From: a virus
Length of the DNA stretch: 64,000 nucleotides
IMG/VR virus record: IMGVR_UViG_3300044825_002608
Span: 1-64,000 of that record
Strand: one strand, 5' to 3'
Below are positions 30,057 through 40,360 of this stretch, piece after piece. The notes under the pieces were generated by a model, which made no database searches, was not told where the DNA came from, and worked only from the letters and a program-made list of their open reading frames with translations. The translations under genes were made by a program, and so were the position numbers. Position 1 is the first letter of the stretch. Each line of letters starts with the position of its first letter.

Positions 30057-30089
30057 TTTTATAAATATTTCCAAAAGAAGTATAGTGTG

Positions 30090-30524
30090 ATGGAAAAATT
30101 ATACAAAATTTTATCTGATACTCAAGCAAGTCTTTTTGTTCTGTTTCAGAAAACTTGGGTATATCACTGGCATATTACTGGATCTGATTTCTATCAAATT
30201 CATACTCTTTTTGGAGAACAATACAATGCACTCTTTGAAGAGGTAGATAGAATCTCAGAACATATTCGTTTTCTTGGTGCTAAACCAATTAGTGCTCTTT
30301 CTAGAGTATCTGAAGTGGCAAGAGTTTCAGAAGCAAAAAGTGGTCTGTCTGAAATGGATATGATTAAAGATCTATTACAGGACCATAAAACTCTTATAGA
30401 TATGTTTAGTGAAGCAGCAAAAGTTGCTGAAGAACTAAATTCAAGAGGAACAACAAATCTACTTGATGATTTAAACGAAGCACACGGTAAGTTTGTTTGG
30501 TTTTTAAGATCGTTCACTGAATAA
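30090..30524 (+). CDS. dps: Dps / ferritin-like protein
   Basis: YHWHITGSDFYQIHTLFGEQY...EVDRISEHIRFLG...KFVWFLRS. Confidence 0.88.
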   Translation: MEKLYKILSDTQASLFVLFQKTWVYHWHITGSDFYQIHTLFGEQYNALFEEVDRISEHIRFLGAKPISALSRVSEVARVSEAKSGLSEMDMIKDLLQDHKTLIDMFSEAAKVAEELNSRGTTNLLDDLNEAHGKFVWFLRSFTE

Positions 30525-30543
30525 AATTATCTCATAATGAAAA

Positions 30544-30801
30544 ATGGAAAATTTAAGAATCAGATGCCGCTCCTGTGGAAAGGAGTTAGAGGGGCATCCT
30601 ACTAAAACAGTAACGTGTGGTTGTCCCAATATGGCAACTATTCGCGGTGATAAGATTTCAGCAGTTGACTTATCTAAAGTTATTATGCTAAACTCTAATC
30701 AAATCAAAAAGAAATCTGGAGTTCTTACAAACGAAGACATTGCTTGGCAAGAAGCAAGGCGTCAACGTAAAGTAAGAAAACTCGATTTTGAAGTCCGCTG
30801 A
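30544..30801 (+). CDS. Zn-ribbon hypothetical protein
   Basis: CRSC...CGCPN. Confidence 0.65.
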   Translation: MENLRIRCRSCGKELEGHPTKTVTCGCPNMATIRGDKISAVDLSKVIMLNSNQIKKKSGVLTNEDIAWQEARRQRKVRKLDFEVR

Positions 30802-30810
30802 GGACTTTTT

Positions 30811-30897
30811 GGAAGGTCAATCCGATTGGTGACGGAACCGCTCTTGAAAAGCGTTGAGGTGTTAAAGCCCTTGGGCGTTCGACTCGCCCACCTTCCG
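30811..30897 (+). tRNA. tRNA-Ser(TGA)
   Basis: Acceptor GGAAGGT/ACCTTCC; loop CTTGAAA; long variable arm. Confidence 0.9.
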
Positions 30898-30995
30898 TTT
30901 TTAATAATTTCTTCAAGTATGTTTTGATATTCTCACATACTTGACAGTCTAAAACTACTTGTTAGTATAACTAGTAGTATTCAATTTTAAACACT

Positions 30996-31145
30996 ATGGA
31001 TCAGCACACCTACCTTAATTGGGTGAAGATCAAGGCAACGTTTGAGGAGTCTGGTAATACGGACAATATGTTTTACAAACGTGCAGTTGAAATTGTAAAA
31101 ACTCGTAGAGATCCTCTTGCAAAGTTTCTTGGAGATGAGAAATGA
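30996..31145 (+). CDS. small hypothetical protein
   Basis: 49-aa ORF MDQHTYLNWVKIKATFEESGNTDNMFYKRA... downstream of a TTGACA promoter-like site. Confidence 0.6.
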   Translation: MDQHTYLNWVKIKATFEESGNTDNMFYKRAVEIVKTRRDPLAKFLGDEK

Positions 31146-31242
31146 TTAAAACCATAATCACTGCAATTGCACTTTTTGGTTCCATCATATTTTTTATTAT
31201 TTGGGGACTTAATAATGCTTATCCACAATAAGGAGTTATTGT

Positions 31243-31908
31243 ATGAAAATTTTTTTAGATACTGCTGATATTTCATTAATTAAATCAGCATACGACACAG
31301 GATTGCTTGATGGTGTAACTACAAATCCATCAATTATTCTTAAAAGTGGTAAACAACTTTTAGAAGTAATTAGAGAGATATCAACCAATTTTTCAAACTT
31401 GATTAGTATCTCTGCAGAAGTTGTTGCAGATACTGCAGAGGAGATGCTTTCGCAAGCACAGCAATATTACACAATCTCCCCTTCAGTTACCATTAAAGTT
31501 CCTTGTACAGTGGAAGGACTTAAAGCATGTAAGTTTCTTTCTGATAAAGGAATACAAACAAATGTAACTTTGGTTTTTTCTGTTTCTCAAGCAATACTTG
31601 CATCAAAGGCAGGTGCAACATTCATTTCACCTTTTATAGGTCGTTGGATGGATAATTCAGTTGATGGAGTTGAATTAATTAAAAATATTCGTAAAGCATT
31701 TGATTACTCTGGCACATCAACACAAATTCTTGCAGCATCTATTCGTGATGTAAGACAAGTAGAACAGTCTGCTTTGAATGGTGCTGATGTAGTTACTATT
31801 CCACCAATCGTATTTTGGTCAATGTATAAAAATGTTTTGACCGATAAAGGTTTGGAACTATTCCAAAAAGATTGGGAAGAAGTGCTGAATTCTGTGGATA
31901 AAAAGTGA
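31243..31908 (+). CDS. talC: transaldolase (TalC type)
   Basis: IFLDTAD, GVTTNPS, TIKVP, NVTLVFS, SPFIGR, LAASIR. Confidence 0.95.
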   Translation: MKIFLDTADISLIKSAYDTGLLDGVTTNPSIILKSGKQLLEVIREISTNFSNLISISAEVVADTAEEMLSQAQQYYTISPSVTIKVPCTVEGLKACKFLSDKGIQTNVTLVFSVSQAILASKAGATFISPFIGRWMDNSVDGVELIKNIRKAFDYSGTSTQILAASIRDVRQVEQSALNGADVVTIPPIVFWSMYKNVLTDKGLELFQKDWEEVLNSVDKK

Positions 31909-32108
31909 AAACGGAACATCAATGCTGGCATTTTGTGATGTCTTCTCTTGCGAGAATTTATGGTGTACCTAAAGTAAAAAGTGAAGAATCATTTCATGTA
32001 TTTGCATTAGAATGGTGTGACGAGCATAATTACAGATGTGATATTCTTAGTGGATTAAATGAGGTTGATAGTTATTTTAAACAACAATACGAATCTTGGG
32101 AGAATTAA
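31905..32108 (+). CDS. hypothetical protein
   Basis: 67-aa ORF between talC and gnd, tightly packed. Confidence 0.55.
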   Translation: MKTEHQCWHFVMSSLARIYGVPKVKSEESFHVFALEWCDEHNYRCDILSGLNEVDSYFKQQYESWEN

Positions 32109-33131
32109 ATGAAAGTAGGATTAATTGGACTTGGTAGAATGGGTGAAGGGATGTCCCGTCGTATGATGAAATCGGGAATAGAAGTTTGGGGTTATCGTAG
32201 GAATTACGATAAGGCACAAGAAGCATATGAAAAAGGATATGTTAATGGCGTTACAACTTCTATACAAAGTCTTGTTCAAGTAGTTAAAGAAGGTGGAAAA
32301 CCAGGAATTTTCCAAATGGTTGTTCCTGCAGAAACGGTGGAGGAAACGATTAATGAGTTATTACGATTTTGTGGTGAAGGAGATATTATTATTGATCATG
32401 GCAATAGCAATTTTAAAGACAGTCGGAAAAGAGCAGAACGTCTGGCAAAATTTGGTATCCAATATATTGATTGTGGCACTAGCGGTGGTGTTTATGGTCT
32501 GGATCGTGGATACTGTCTTATGGTTGGGGGTGGAGATACTGCAGTCTCCACTTGTTCGCGTATTTTTAATGCCCTTGCCCCAGGAATCGACGCTGCCCCC
32601 AGAACTCAATTTGACTCAGATATAACTTCTGCTGAATATGGATGGTTGCATTGTGGTGGACCGGGTGCTGGACACTTTGTGAAAATGGTCCACAATGGCA
32701 TTGAATATGGCATTATGCAAGCATATGCTGAAGGATTTAATATCTTGAAGAATGCGAACAATGGAGCACAATATGTCAAAGAGGGAGACGCAGAGGTTGC
32801 CCCTATGGCAGACCCAGAATCTTATTGCTATGATATTGATGTTGCTGAGGTTGCTGAGTTGTGGCGTCGTGGTAGCGTTGTTGGGTCTTGGTTACTTGAT
32901 CTTACCGCTGATGTTCTTCGCAATGATGGTCAACTTAAACAGTTCTCTGGAGGCGTATCCGACAGTGGTGAGGGTCGTTGGACTGTTTCTGCCGCTGTGG
33001 ATCTTGGTGTACCCGCTCCTGTTATCACCACTGCTCTTTATGAGAGATTTAATTCACGCAATCTGGGAACTTTCGCTGCCAAGATTCTGAATGGTATGCG
33101 ATATATGTTTGGAGGACATCATGTGAGGTAA
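32109..33131 (+). CDS. gnd: 6-phosphogluconate dehydrogenase (decarboxylating)
   Basis: GLGRMG, DCGTSGG, GHFVKMVHNGIEYG, DSGEGRW, FGGH. Confidence 0.96.
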   Translation: MKVGLIGLGRMGEGMSRRMMKSGIEVWGYRRNYDKAQEAYEKGYVNGVTTSIQSLVQVVKEGGKPGIFQMVVPAETVEETINELLRFCGEGDIIIDHGNSNFKDSRKRAERLAKFGIQYIDCGTSGGVYGLDRGYCLMVGGGDTAVSTCSRIFNALAPGIDAAPRTQFDSDITSAEYGWLHCGGPGAGHFVKMVHNGIEYGIMQAYAEGFNILKNANNGAQYVKEGDAEVAPMADPESYCYDIDVAEVAELWRRGSVVGSWLLDLTADVLRNDGQLKQFSGGVSDSGEGRWTVSAAVDLGVPAPVITTALYERFNSRNLGTFAAKILNGMRYMFGGHHVR

Positions 33132-33195
33132 AATTTTTTCTTTGGTGATGGGATTGACATGATTTTGGTATTGCTATATAATATGTGAGTTGAAA

Positions 33196-33269
33196 CGGGG
33201 TGTAGCTCAGTTTGGTAGAGCACTCGCTTTGGGAGCGAGATGTCGCAGGTTCGAATCCTGTCACCCCGA
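33196..33269 (+). tRNA. tRNA-Pro(TGG)
   Basis: Acceptor CGGGGTG/CACCCCG; arm CTCGC-TTTGGGA-GCGAG. Confidence 0.92.
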
Positions 33270-33345
33270 TTGCCAGTTTCCATACTGGCACACTTGACAC
33301 AAAACTAACCAACCCTTATAATACTAGAGTAAATCATTCAAAACA

Positions 33346-33561
33346 ATGTCTCTGATCTCAAAATTCAAGAAAGATGTTAGCACTCTTCGTCTTGCTGCTA
33401 ATGGAGAAATCTACCTTGATGTAAAGAATCCGAAACTTTATAAAAAGGTTCGTCGCTTCTACGAAAACGAAGGAGTGGTGTTCTCTGGAGAACCACTTGA
33501 TGATTATGAAATGCTTATGGAGTACGTTGCCCAAGATCTTGAATCCGTAGAGGTTGTTTGA
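33346..33561 (+). CDS. hypothetical protein
   Basis: 71-aa ORF behind TTGACA-17bp-TATAAT (33294-33322). Confidence 0.7.
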   Translation: MSLISKFKKDVSTLRLAANGEIYLDVKNPKLYKKVRRFYENEGVVFSGEPLDDYEMLMEYVAQDLESVEVV

Positions 33562-33791
33562 TGAAAGTTCTTTTTGAACGTGAAGGATACCGTTTCGTTG
33601 AAAATGGTATCCTTGAGATAAACGGAAAACCAGATTATCGTATGCAAAAGCAAAATTACTATACGAAACGCTGGAATGACATTTATCTTTTCGATAATGG
33701 TATGCAATGTTCTCTAGCAATGGAAGACATTGACTATGCCCGATGGTTGGATCCTGATGGGATTCCTTGTTATGTGAGAGATGATGGTTAA
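33561..33791 (+). CDS. hypothetical protein
   Basis: MKVLFEREGYRFVENG...WNDIYLFDN. Confidence 0.65.
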   Translation: MKVLFEREGYRFVENGILEINGKPDYRMQKQNYYTKRWNDIYLFDNGMQCSLAMEDIDYARWLDPDGIPCYVRDDG

Positions 33792-33793
33792 AT

Positions 33794-34200
33794 AGTCTCG
33801 GTTATGACTTAAAACTAAGCCCTGGTCGGGAGCAACCCCCTTATGTCCAAAACAAGTATCTTACGATATCTTGGAAATATTCTCCTCATAATTGGTTATC
33901 AAACTATGCTGTGGGGAGATTTTAAGTATGGGTTACTTCTTAAATGTTTTGGTGGTTTATTAACCATACCCTTTGCAATTAAGTTAAAACTTTGGGATGT
34001 ATTATTTTTATGTGCATTCTTTACTTTCACGGAAGTATCAAAGTTAACCCAACTTTTCCTAGTTAGTTCAAACTAGGTGGTGGAGTCAATTTGACCCCTT
34101 ATGGTTTCTTGCCTTTCCTTTAAAAGGCAAGTGGTGCGGATGGGATCTTACTCCCGCCTGGTTTCCAATTTCCAGTCAAAGAATTGGTGGCGAGCCTGAG
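33794..34200 (+). ncRNA. manA/wcaG-like structured RNA, interrupted by a small ORF
   Basis: Two similar GGUUUC-stem-UGGYG units at 34103-34192 upstream of gmd; a related GC-rich segment at 33794-33845; cyanophage wcaG and manA motifs are known upstream of sugar genes. Confidence 0.6.
33843..34076 (+). CDS. small membrane protein
   Basis: 77 aa, three hydrophobic segments. Confidence 0.6.
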   Translation: MSKTSILRYLGNILLIIGYQTMLWGDFKYGLLLKCFGGLLTIPFAIKLKLWDVLFLCAFFTFTEVSKLTQLFLVSSN

Positions 34201-34263
34201 CACACGGAGGTGGGTTGCATAAACCCACCTTTTTTAGTATAATGAAATGAGAGATATTTTTTT

Positions 34264-35265
34264 ATGAAAGTTGCTTTAATTACCGGAATTACAGGACAAG
34301 ATGGATCTTATCTTGCAGAATTTCTACTGGAAAAGGGATATCAAGTTCATGGAATTATTAGAAGAAATTCTAGTATAAACACGCATAGATTAGATCATAT
34401 CTTTGATAGTATTAAATTGCATTATGGCGATTTAACAGATTCTACAAATTTAATAAAAGTCATTCAGTGTGTCCAACCTCATGAGATTTATAATCTTGGT
34501 GCTCAAAGTCATGTAAAAGTTTCATTTGAAATGCCAGAATATACTGGTGAAACTGATGCACTGGGAACTCTTCGTATTCTTGAAGCAGTTCGTTTGCTTG
34601 GTATGGAAAATCATACTAGAATTTACCAAGCATCAACATCTGAAATGTTTGGAAAGGTGCAAGAGGTTCCTCAAAAAGAAACTACACCTTTTTATCCACG
34701 CTCACCCTATGGAGTCGCAAAAGTTTATGGATACTGGATTGTCAAAAACTACAGAGAATCATATGGACTACATGCAAGTTCTGGAATTCTTTTCAATCAC
34801 GAATCCCCTAGAAGAGGAGAAACTTTTGTCACAAGAAAAATCACTCGCGGACTATCATCTATTTCAACTGGGCAACAAGATGTATTATATCTCGGGAATT
34901 TGAATGCAAAAAGAGATTGGGGTCACGCTAAAGATTTTGTTGAGGCAATGTGGTTAATGCTTCAACAAGATGAACCTGATGATTATGTAATCGCAACAGG
35001 AAAGCAATATTCAGTTAGAGAGTTTATTGAAGCAGCGGCACCTTACTTTGGAATGAAAATTACATGGAAAGGTGAAGATATTGATGAAGTTGGAATTGAC
35101 AAACTTACCGGAAAAACGGTCATTAAAGTAGATCCTAAATATTTTCGACCTGCTGAAGTAGAGACCTTATTAGGTGATGCCACTAAGGCAAAACAAAAAT
35201 TAGGTTGGGAACCTAAAATTTCATTTGAACAATTAGTTGAGGATATGTGCATCTATGGGCAATGA
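34264..35265 (+). CDS. gmd: GDP-mannose 4,6-dehydratase
   Basis: [41 protein letters not shown]. Confidence 0.97.
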   Translation: MKVALITGITGQDGSYLAEFLLEKGYQVHGIIRRNSSINTHRLDHIFDSIKLHYGDLTDSTNLIKVIQCVQPHEIYNLGAQSHVKVSFEMPEYTGETDALGTLRILEAVRLLGMENHTRIYQASTSEMFGKVQEVPQKETTPFYPRSPYGVAKVYGYWIVKNYRESYGLHASSGILFNHESPRRGETFVTRKITRGLSSISTGQQDVLYLGNLNAKRDWGHAKDFVEAMWLMLQQDEPDDYVIATGKQYSVREFIEAAAPYFGMKITWKGEDIDEVGIDKLTGKTVIKVDPKYFRPAEVETLLGDATKAKQKLGWEPKISFEQLVEDMCIYGQ

Positions 35266-35266
35266 G

Positions 35267-36502
35267 ATGTTTTATAAAATAGATAAATGTAGAATTTGTG
35301 GAAATGAGGATCTTATTGAGATTTTAGATTTAGGAAATCAATATGTTTCTGGAATATTTCCTAAGAAAGTAGATTTAAATTTATACAGAGGACCATTAAA
35401 ACTAGTTAAATGCAGTGAAAGTGGTGGTGGTTGTGGTCATGTTCAACTAGAACACACATTTCATCTACCAACAATGTATGGTGATGAGTATGGGTATCGC
35501 TCTGGTCTTAATAAGAGTATGGTTGATCATTTAAATTCAAAATATAATAAAATTGTAGATTTTATAAATTTTGATGATAATGACATTGTGATTGATATTG
35601 CAGGAAATGATGGAACATTTCTTGGATTCTTTCCAACAAATTTAAGACTTCTAAGTATTGATCCAACATCTAAGAAGTTTTCAAAATATTTCAAAGATCA
35701 TGTGAAATATACTCCAAACTTTTTTTCCGAAGATTTGTATAGACAGAATTTTGGTAATGAAAAGGCAAAGTTGGTCACATCATTTTCTATGTTTTATGAC
35801 TTAGAAAATCCTTGTCAGTTTGCAAAAGAAGTTAACAACATTCTTGATCCAGAAAAAGGAATCTGGGTGTTGGAGCAAAGTTATATGCCAACTATGGTAG
35901 ATAAAAATTCCTTTGACACCATATGCCATGAGCATCTTTCTTATTATGGAATGAAGCAAATGAAATACATATTTGATCATTCTAATTTTAAGATTGTGGA
36001 TTTTGAATTTAATGATGTGAATGGAGGAAGTGTATCCATTGTAGTTGCTAATAAAAATAGTCAGTATGTTGAATGTAGTGAAAAACTTAATTCAATTTTA
36101 AAATTTGAAATAGACGACGGATATAATACCGTTGAATTGTGGAAAAAATTTGAAGATAATATTAATTCCTGTAAAATTAAATTTTTTGAAATTGTTAATC
36201 AACTAAAGACTGATGGTCTAAGAATTGCTGCCTTGGGTGCTAGTACAAAGGGTAATATAACACTTCAAACTTGGAATCTAAGTGAATGTATAGAAGTAAT
36301 AGGAGATGTAAATCCTGAAAAAAATGGATCATTTACCCCAGGTACATGGATTCCAATTAAAGATGAAAATAGTGTAATTGATCAGTACGATGTTTTTGTC
36401 ATTCTTCCTTGGCATTTTAGAAACTTCTTCATGAATGCCGAAAAATTTAAAGGTAAAAAACTTTTATTTCCTTTGCCAAATCCTGAACTTATCACGGTGT
36501 AA
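35267..36502 (+). CDS. NDP-hexose C-methyltransferase-like protein
   Basis: N-terminal Zn motif CRICG..C..C, YGYRSG, DIAGNDG, FDTICHEHLSYY, GASTKG, ILPWHF. Confidence 0.85.
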   Translation: MFYKIDKCRICGNEDLIEILDLGNQYVSGIFPKKVDLNLYRGPLKLVKCSESGGGCGHVQLEHTFHLPTMYGDEYGYRSGLNKSMVDHLNSKYNKIVDFINFDDNDIVIDIAGNDGTFLGFFPTNLRLLSIDPTSKKFSKYFKDHVKYTPNFFSEDLYRQNFGNEKAKLVTSFSMFYDLENPCQFAKEVNNILDPEKGIWVLEQSYMPTMVDKNSFDTICHEHLSYYGMKQMKYIFDHSNFKIVDFEFNDVNGGSVSIVVANKNSQYVECSEKLNSILKFEIDDGYNTVELWKKFEDNINSCKIKFFEIVNQLKTDGLRIAALGASTKGNITLQTWNLSECIEVIGDVNPEKNGSFTPGTWIPIKDENSVIDQYDVFVILPWHFRNFFMNAEKFKGKKLLFPLPNPELITV

Positions 36503-36505
36503 ATT

Positions 36506-37447
36506 ATGAAAATGAATAAAGATTCTAAAATTTTTGTAGCTGGTCATAGAGGATTAGTTGGATCAGCAATCGTGAGATCTCTAAACGAAAGGGGATACAC
36601 TAATATAGTAACAAGAACCAGGTCAGAGGTTGATTTGTTAAATCAATCGCAAGTCGAAGAATTTTTTAAAACAGAAAACATTGACTACGTTTTTGATGCA
36701 GCTGCCCGTGTTGGGGGAATTAATGCAAATAATAAATATTCTGCTGAATTTGTATATGAGAATATTCAGATTCAAACTAATTTAATTCATTTCTCATGGA
36801 AATACGGTGTCAAAAAGTTTCTCTTTATTGGATCTGTTTGCATCTATCCAAAATATGCAGAAGTCCCTGTAAAAGAAGAATCTTTAATGACTGGTTATCT
36901 AGAACCTACAAATGATGCTTATGCCGTCGCTAAAATTTCGGGAATCAAAATGCTTCAGGCATACCATAAACAGTATGGATTTAAAAGCGTGTCTTTGATG
37001 CCATCTAACATCTATGGACCGGGGGACAATTTTCATCCAGAAAATGGGCACGTAATTCCTGCTATGATAACGAAATTTACCAATTCGAATGGAAAAAACG
37101 TTACATTCTGGGGCGATGGAACTCCAATGAGAGAATTTCTGTATTCTGATGATCTTGCAGATGCTTGTTTGTTTGCAATGGATAGATTTGAAAATGCAGA
37201 ATTAATTAATGTAGGATCTGGCAATAACGTGAGCATCAAAGAACTATCGCAAATGGTAGCGTCAGTTGTTGGATATTCTGGTAAAATAGATTGGGACACT
37301 TCCAAACCAAATGGCACACCAAATAGACCTTTAGATTATTCCAAAATTAAAGAACTTGGTTGGCAACCAAAACACACTCTTCATGAGGGACTTAAAAAAT
37401 CATATAAATGGTTTTTTGAAAACACTTGCTATGATTCATTAAAATAA
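36506..37447 (+). CDS. fcl: GDP-L-fucose synthase
   Basis: VAGHRGLVGSA, AAARVGGI, GSVCIYP, LEPTNDAYAVAK, WGDGTPMREF. Confidence 0.95.
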   Translation: MKMNKDSKIFVAGHRGLVGSAIVRSLNERGYTNIVTRTRSEVDLLNQSQVEEFFKTENIDYVFDAAARVGGINANNKYSAEFVYENIQIQTNLIHFSWKYGVKKFLFIGSVCIYPKYAEVPVKEESLMTGYLEPTNDAYAVAKISGIKMLQAYHKQYGFKSVSLMPSNIYGPGDNFHPENGHVIPAMITKFTNSNGKNVTFWGDGTPMREFLYSDDLADACLFAMDRFENAELINVGSGNNVSIKELSQMVASVVGYSGKIDWDTSKPNGTPNRPLDYSKIKELGWQPKHTLHEGLKKSYKWFFENTCYDSLK

Positions 37448-37451
37448 AAAA

Positions 37452-38129
37452 ATGTATAATAAAGTTTTTAATTTACAGGATTTTGAGATTTTTAATAAAA
37501 TTCTATTAGAAAATCAGTGGAATTGTTTTCCACCTCAGCATCAATGGGAACACAGTACTCATGTTTGTAAAGTTGTAAGTTTACTTGAAATAGTAAAGCA
37601 ATTTGATAAACCACAAAAAATCGTAGACATAGGATCTGCTGCTGGAGCCTTTCCACACTTAGCACAAAAAATGGGACATGATGTAACTGCTATTGATCTG
37701 GAGGGGTATAAGTACTTTTCTCAACTTGGAACAAATGCACTTTCTAAACTAATTACTGGAGATATTTTTGTAGAACTTGATAAACTGGAAGACAATAGCG
37801 TAGATATTTTTTCTGATGTCTGCTCAGTTACTCATTTTAATCACGAATCATTTACAAACAAAGTTCATGATTTAAATCAATGGGAAAGAGTTTCTCAAAA
37901 AATTCACAGACCTTTGAAAAAGAATGGGCACTTTATAGTTTCAACAGATTGTAATGTTAGTAATACAAATGGTGAATTTATTTCACCATCCAAAATTATT
38001 GAATATGTTGAAAAAAATGGATTTGCTCTAAATGGTGAGTACAAAAAAGAATATGAAAATACAGATTGTTATATTGTATATAATGGTCAAAAACTTTCAG
38101 TAGTGTGCTTGGACTTCATAAAGTTATGA
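37452..38129 (+). CDS. class I SAM-dependent methyltransferase
   Basis: IVDIGSAAG motif I, VTAIDL. Confidence 0.75.
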   Translation: MYNKVFNLQDFEIFNKILLENQWNCFPPQHQWEHSTHVCKVVSLLEIVKQFDKPQKIVDIGSAAGAFPHLAQKMGHDVTAIDLEGYKYFSQLGTNALSKLITGDIFVELDKLEDNSVDIFSDVCSVTHFNHESFTNKVHDLNQWERVSQKIHRPLKKNGHFIVSTDCNVSNTNGEFISPSKIIEYVEKNGFALNGEYKKEYENTDCYIVYNGQKLSVVCLDFIKL

Positions 38130-38836
38130 AAAAAAAATTTGCTGTATGTTTTTCTGGATATCCTAGATTTGTCAAAAAAACATTTCCTGGGATATCTGAA
38201 AATTTATTAAAAGGACTGGGTGATTATGACATATATGCACACTTTCAATGGACTGATGATTGGAAAAATAAAAAAATCCATCATTGTTTTGATAAAACAT
38301 TCGAATCAAATGAATTAGAAGATTTTATTGAAGTATATACTCCATTTAATCTAAAAAAAATAAATGTAATTAAACCATATAATTTTGACGTATCAAATTA
38401 CAATGGACTATCGTTATATCCTGGAATGAATTTAACGATTGAACAGAGTAGAGATCAATTTTATAGAAGTAAGTGTCAATATCAGGGAATAGTTGATTGT
38501 ATTAATTTAATTGATAATTTGGAAGATTATGAATACTTTATCAGGATTAGATCTGATTTGATTTTTGAAAAGAAGTTAGAACTTAAAAATTTTGATAGCG
38601 ATTGTATTGTAAATCAAAATGGATATATTGCTGGTTGGGATAGGAAATTTTGCGATTGGTTTTTTATCTGTCCGCGAAATCAATTAAACTTTTTTAAAGA
38701 ACTTTCTAATATTGAACACCATTATAAAGACGGAATAGTTGCAATGCATTCTTTAGTAGAAGAATTGGGTATTCCATATAATATGAAAATTGACGAATTT
38801 AATATTCAATTACCATTTAAATTTTACTCTGAATAA
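38126..38836 (+). CDS. putative glycosyltransferase (SGxPR family, paralog 1)
   Basis: AVCFSGYPR...IRIRSDL...DWF. Confidence 0.55.
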   Translation: MKKKFAVCFSGYPRFVKKTFPGISENLLKGLGDYDIYAHFQWTDDWKNKKIHHCFDKTFESNELEDFIEVYTPFNLKKINVIKPYNFDVSNYNGLSLYPGMNLTIEQSRDQFYRSKCQYQGIVDCINLIDNLEDYEYFIRIRSDLIFEKKLELKNFDSDCIVNQNGYIAGWDRKFCDWFFICPRNQLNFFKELSNIEHHYKDGIVAMHSLVEELGIPYNMKIDEFNIQLPFKFYSE

Positions 38837-38841
38837 ACTGT

Positions 38842-39618
38842 ATGAAAGTAGCATTAATTTTATCTGGTCAACCCAGATTTGTAAGAGAATCTTTTCCATA
38901 TCTGCATCAAAATATTATCAATCAATATGATGTTGATATTTTTGCACATTTATGGTTTGATGAAAATCTAACTAAAAATCCATATAAAGTTGAAGGTAAT
39001 TGGACTTCTCAAACAATTGATCAAAATGCTGTAGAATATTTCAAAGAACTTTATAGACCAAAATTAATTGAAGTTGAAGAAAGTATTCTTTTTAGAAATA
39101 AAAATTTAAACTTTGAACCTAGTTTAAAAAAGTATGTGAATTGGCCTACACCAAATGCTCCTGAAAATATGAAAAATGGAACCGAAGGGTTTTCAAATTT
39201 GATTAAATCAAATCAGATATCATATTTTTATAGTTTGAATAAGGCAAATAATTTAAAAAGAAAATATGAATATACTCATGATTTTAAGTATGATTGGGTA
39301 ATTAGAACAAGAACAGATATTCAGTTGCATAATGCATTAAGACTAGAAACCTATGATTCAAACTTTGTTCATTACACTGACATTAATAATCAAGAGTCTG
39401 TAACTCCTGGTTTGATATGTGATTGGATAAATTTTGGAAATTCTTATGTGATGGATATATTTAATAGTTGTTTTTCGGTTTATGACCATCTCATAAATAT
39501 GTGCATAGAAACTAACGAAGGATCCTGGTGTCCAGAATTAGTTCACCGAAAAATGATTGAATTGCACGGTATTAAAGCACAAGGGCACTTCATTTCAGCA
39601 TCTTTACCTAGATTTTAA
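38842..39618 (+). CDS. putative glycosyltransferase (SGxPR family, paralog 2)
   Basis: ALILSGQPR...YDWVIRTRTDI...DWINFG..PE. Confidence 0.55.
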   Translation: MKVALILSGQPRFVRESFPYLHQNIINQYDVDIFAHLWFDENLTKNPYKVEGNWTSQTIDQNAVEYFKELYRPKLIEVEESILFRNKNLNFEPSLKKYVNWPTPNAPENMKNGTEGFSNLIKSNQISYFYSLNKANNLKRKYEYTHDFKYDWVIRTRTDIQLHNALRLETYDSNFVHYTDINNQESVTPGLICDWINFGNSYVMDIFNSCFSVYDHLINMCIETNEGSWCPELVHRKMIELHGIKAQGHFISASLPRF

Positions 39619-39619
39619 T

Positions 39620-40360
39620 ATGAATATAGTAATACCCATGGCAGGAGAGGGAACTAGATTTCCCCGAGATCAGTATAAAATACCCAAGCCACTAATAGAG
39701 ATTAATGGTAAACCAATGATTCAATGTGCTGTTGAATCTCTTGGAATAATAGGAACTTATCATTTTCTGGTTAGAAAAGATAGTTATTATGATCAGGTAT
39801 GTACCCTTCTTCACAAAATTCTTCCAGATCCAAAAATTATTAGTGTTGAGGAAACTACCGAAGGTCCTGCTTCAAGTTGTCTCTTATTTAAAAACTACAT
39901 TAATAACGAGGAAGAATTAATTATATGTAATTGTGATCAAATAATGTTATGGGATCCTGAATTATTCTTGTTAAACGCTAGGTACTATAAGTATGATGGT
40001 ATGATCGTAACATATAGTACTAATACTCCAAAAAATAGTTTTGCCCGCGTTAACTTTGAAGGATTTGTGGAACAGATCAAAGAGAAGGAAGTTATTAGTA
40101 ATATATCTTTAAATGGAATACATTATTGGAGAAAAGGTAAATATTTTGTACACAGTGCCGAAAATATGATACAATGTGATGATAGAGCTCCTAATGGTGA
40201 ATTCTACGTTGGTCCAACCTATAACTATATGATAAAGGATGGACTGAAAGTAGGTGTTCATCATATTCCAAACTACCAACACAATCCAGTGGGAGTTCCA
40301 GAAGATCTACAACTTTATATTGAAAAAGTAAAAAACAATGCAAATTACAAAAATCACTGA
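39620..40360 (+). CDS. sugar-phosphate nucleotidyltransferase
   Basis: IVIPMAGEGTRF..PKPLI, ICNCDQ, IKEKEVIS, NGEFYV. Confidence 0.85.
   Translation: MNIVIPMAGEGTRFPRDQYKIPKPLIEINGKPMIQCAVESLGIIGTYHFLVRKDSYYDQVCTLLHKILPDPKIISVEETTEGPASSCLLFKNYINNEEELIICNCDQIMLWDPELFLLNARYYKYDGMIVTYSTNTPKNSFARVNFEGFVEQIKEKEVISNISLNGIHYWRKGKYFVHSAENMIQCDDRAPNGEFYVGPTYNYMIKDGLKVGVHHIPNYQHNPVGVPEDLQLYIEKVKNNANYKNH

Noticed and set aside
30027-30089. N-terminal extension of Dps in the ORF track
   Set aside because: It overlaps tRNA-Val; the ATG at 30090, after a late promoter, is the more plausible start.
30811-30897. Suppressor or selenocysteine tRNA suggesting stop-codon recoding
   Set aside because: Anticodon TGA reads the Ser codon UCA, and genes end normally at TAA, TGA and TAG.
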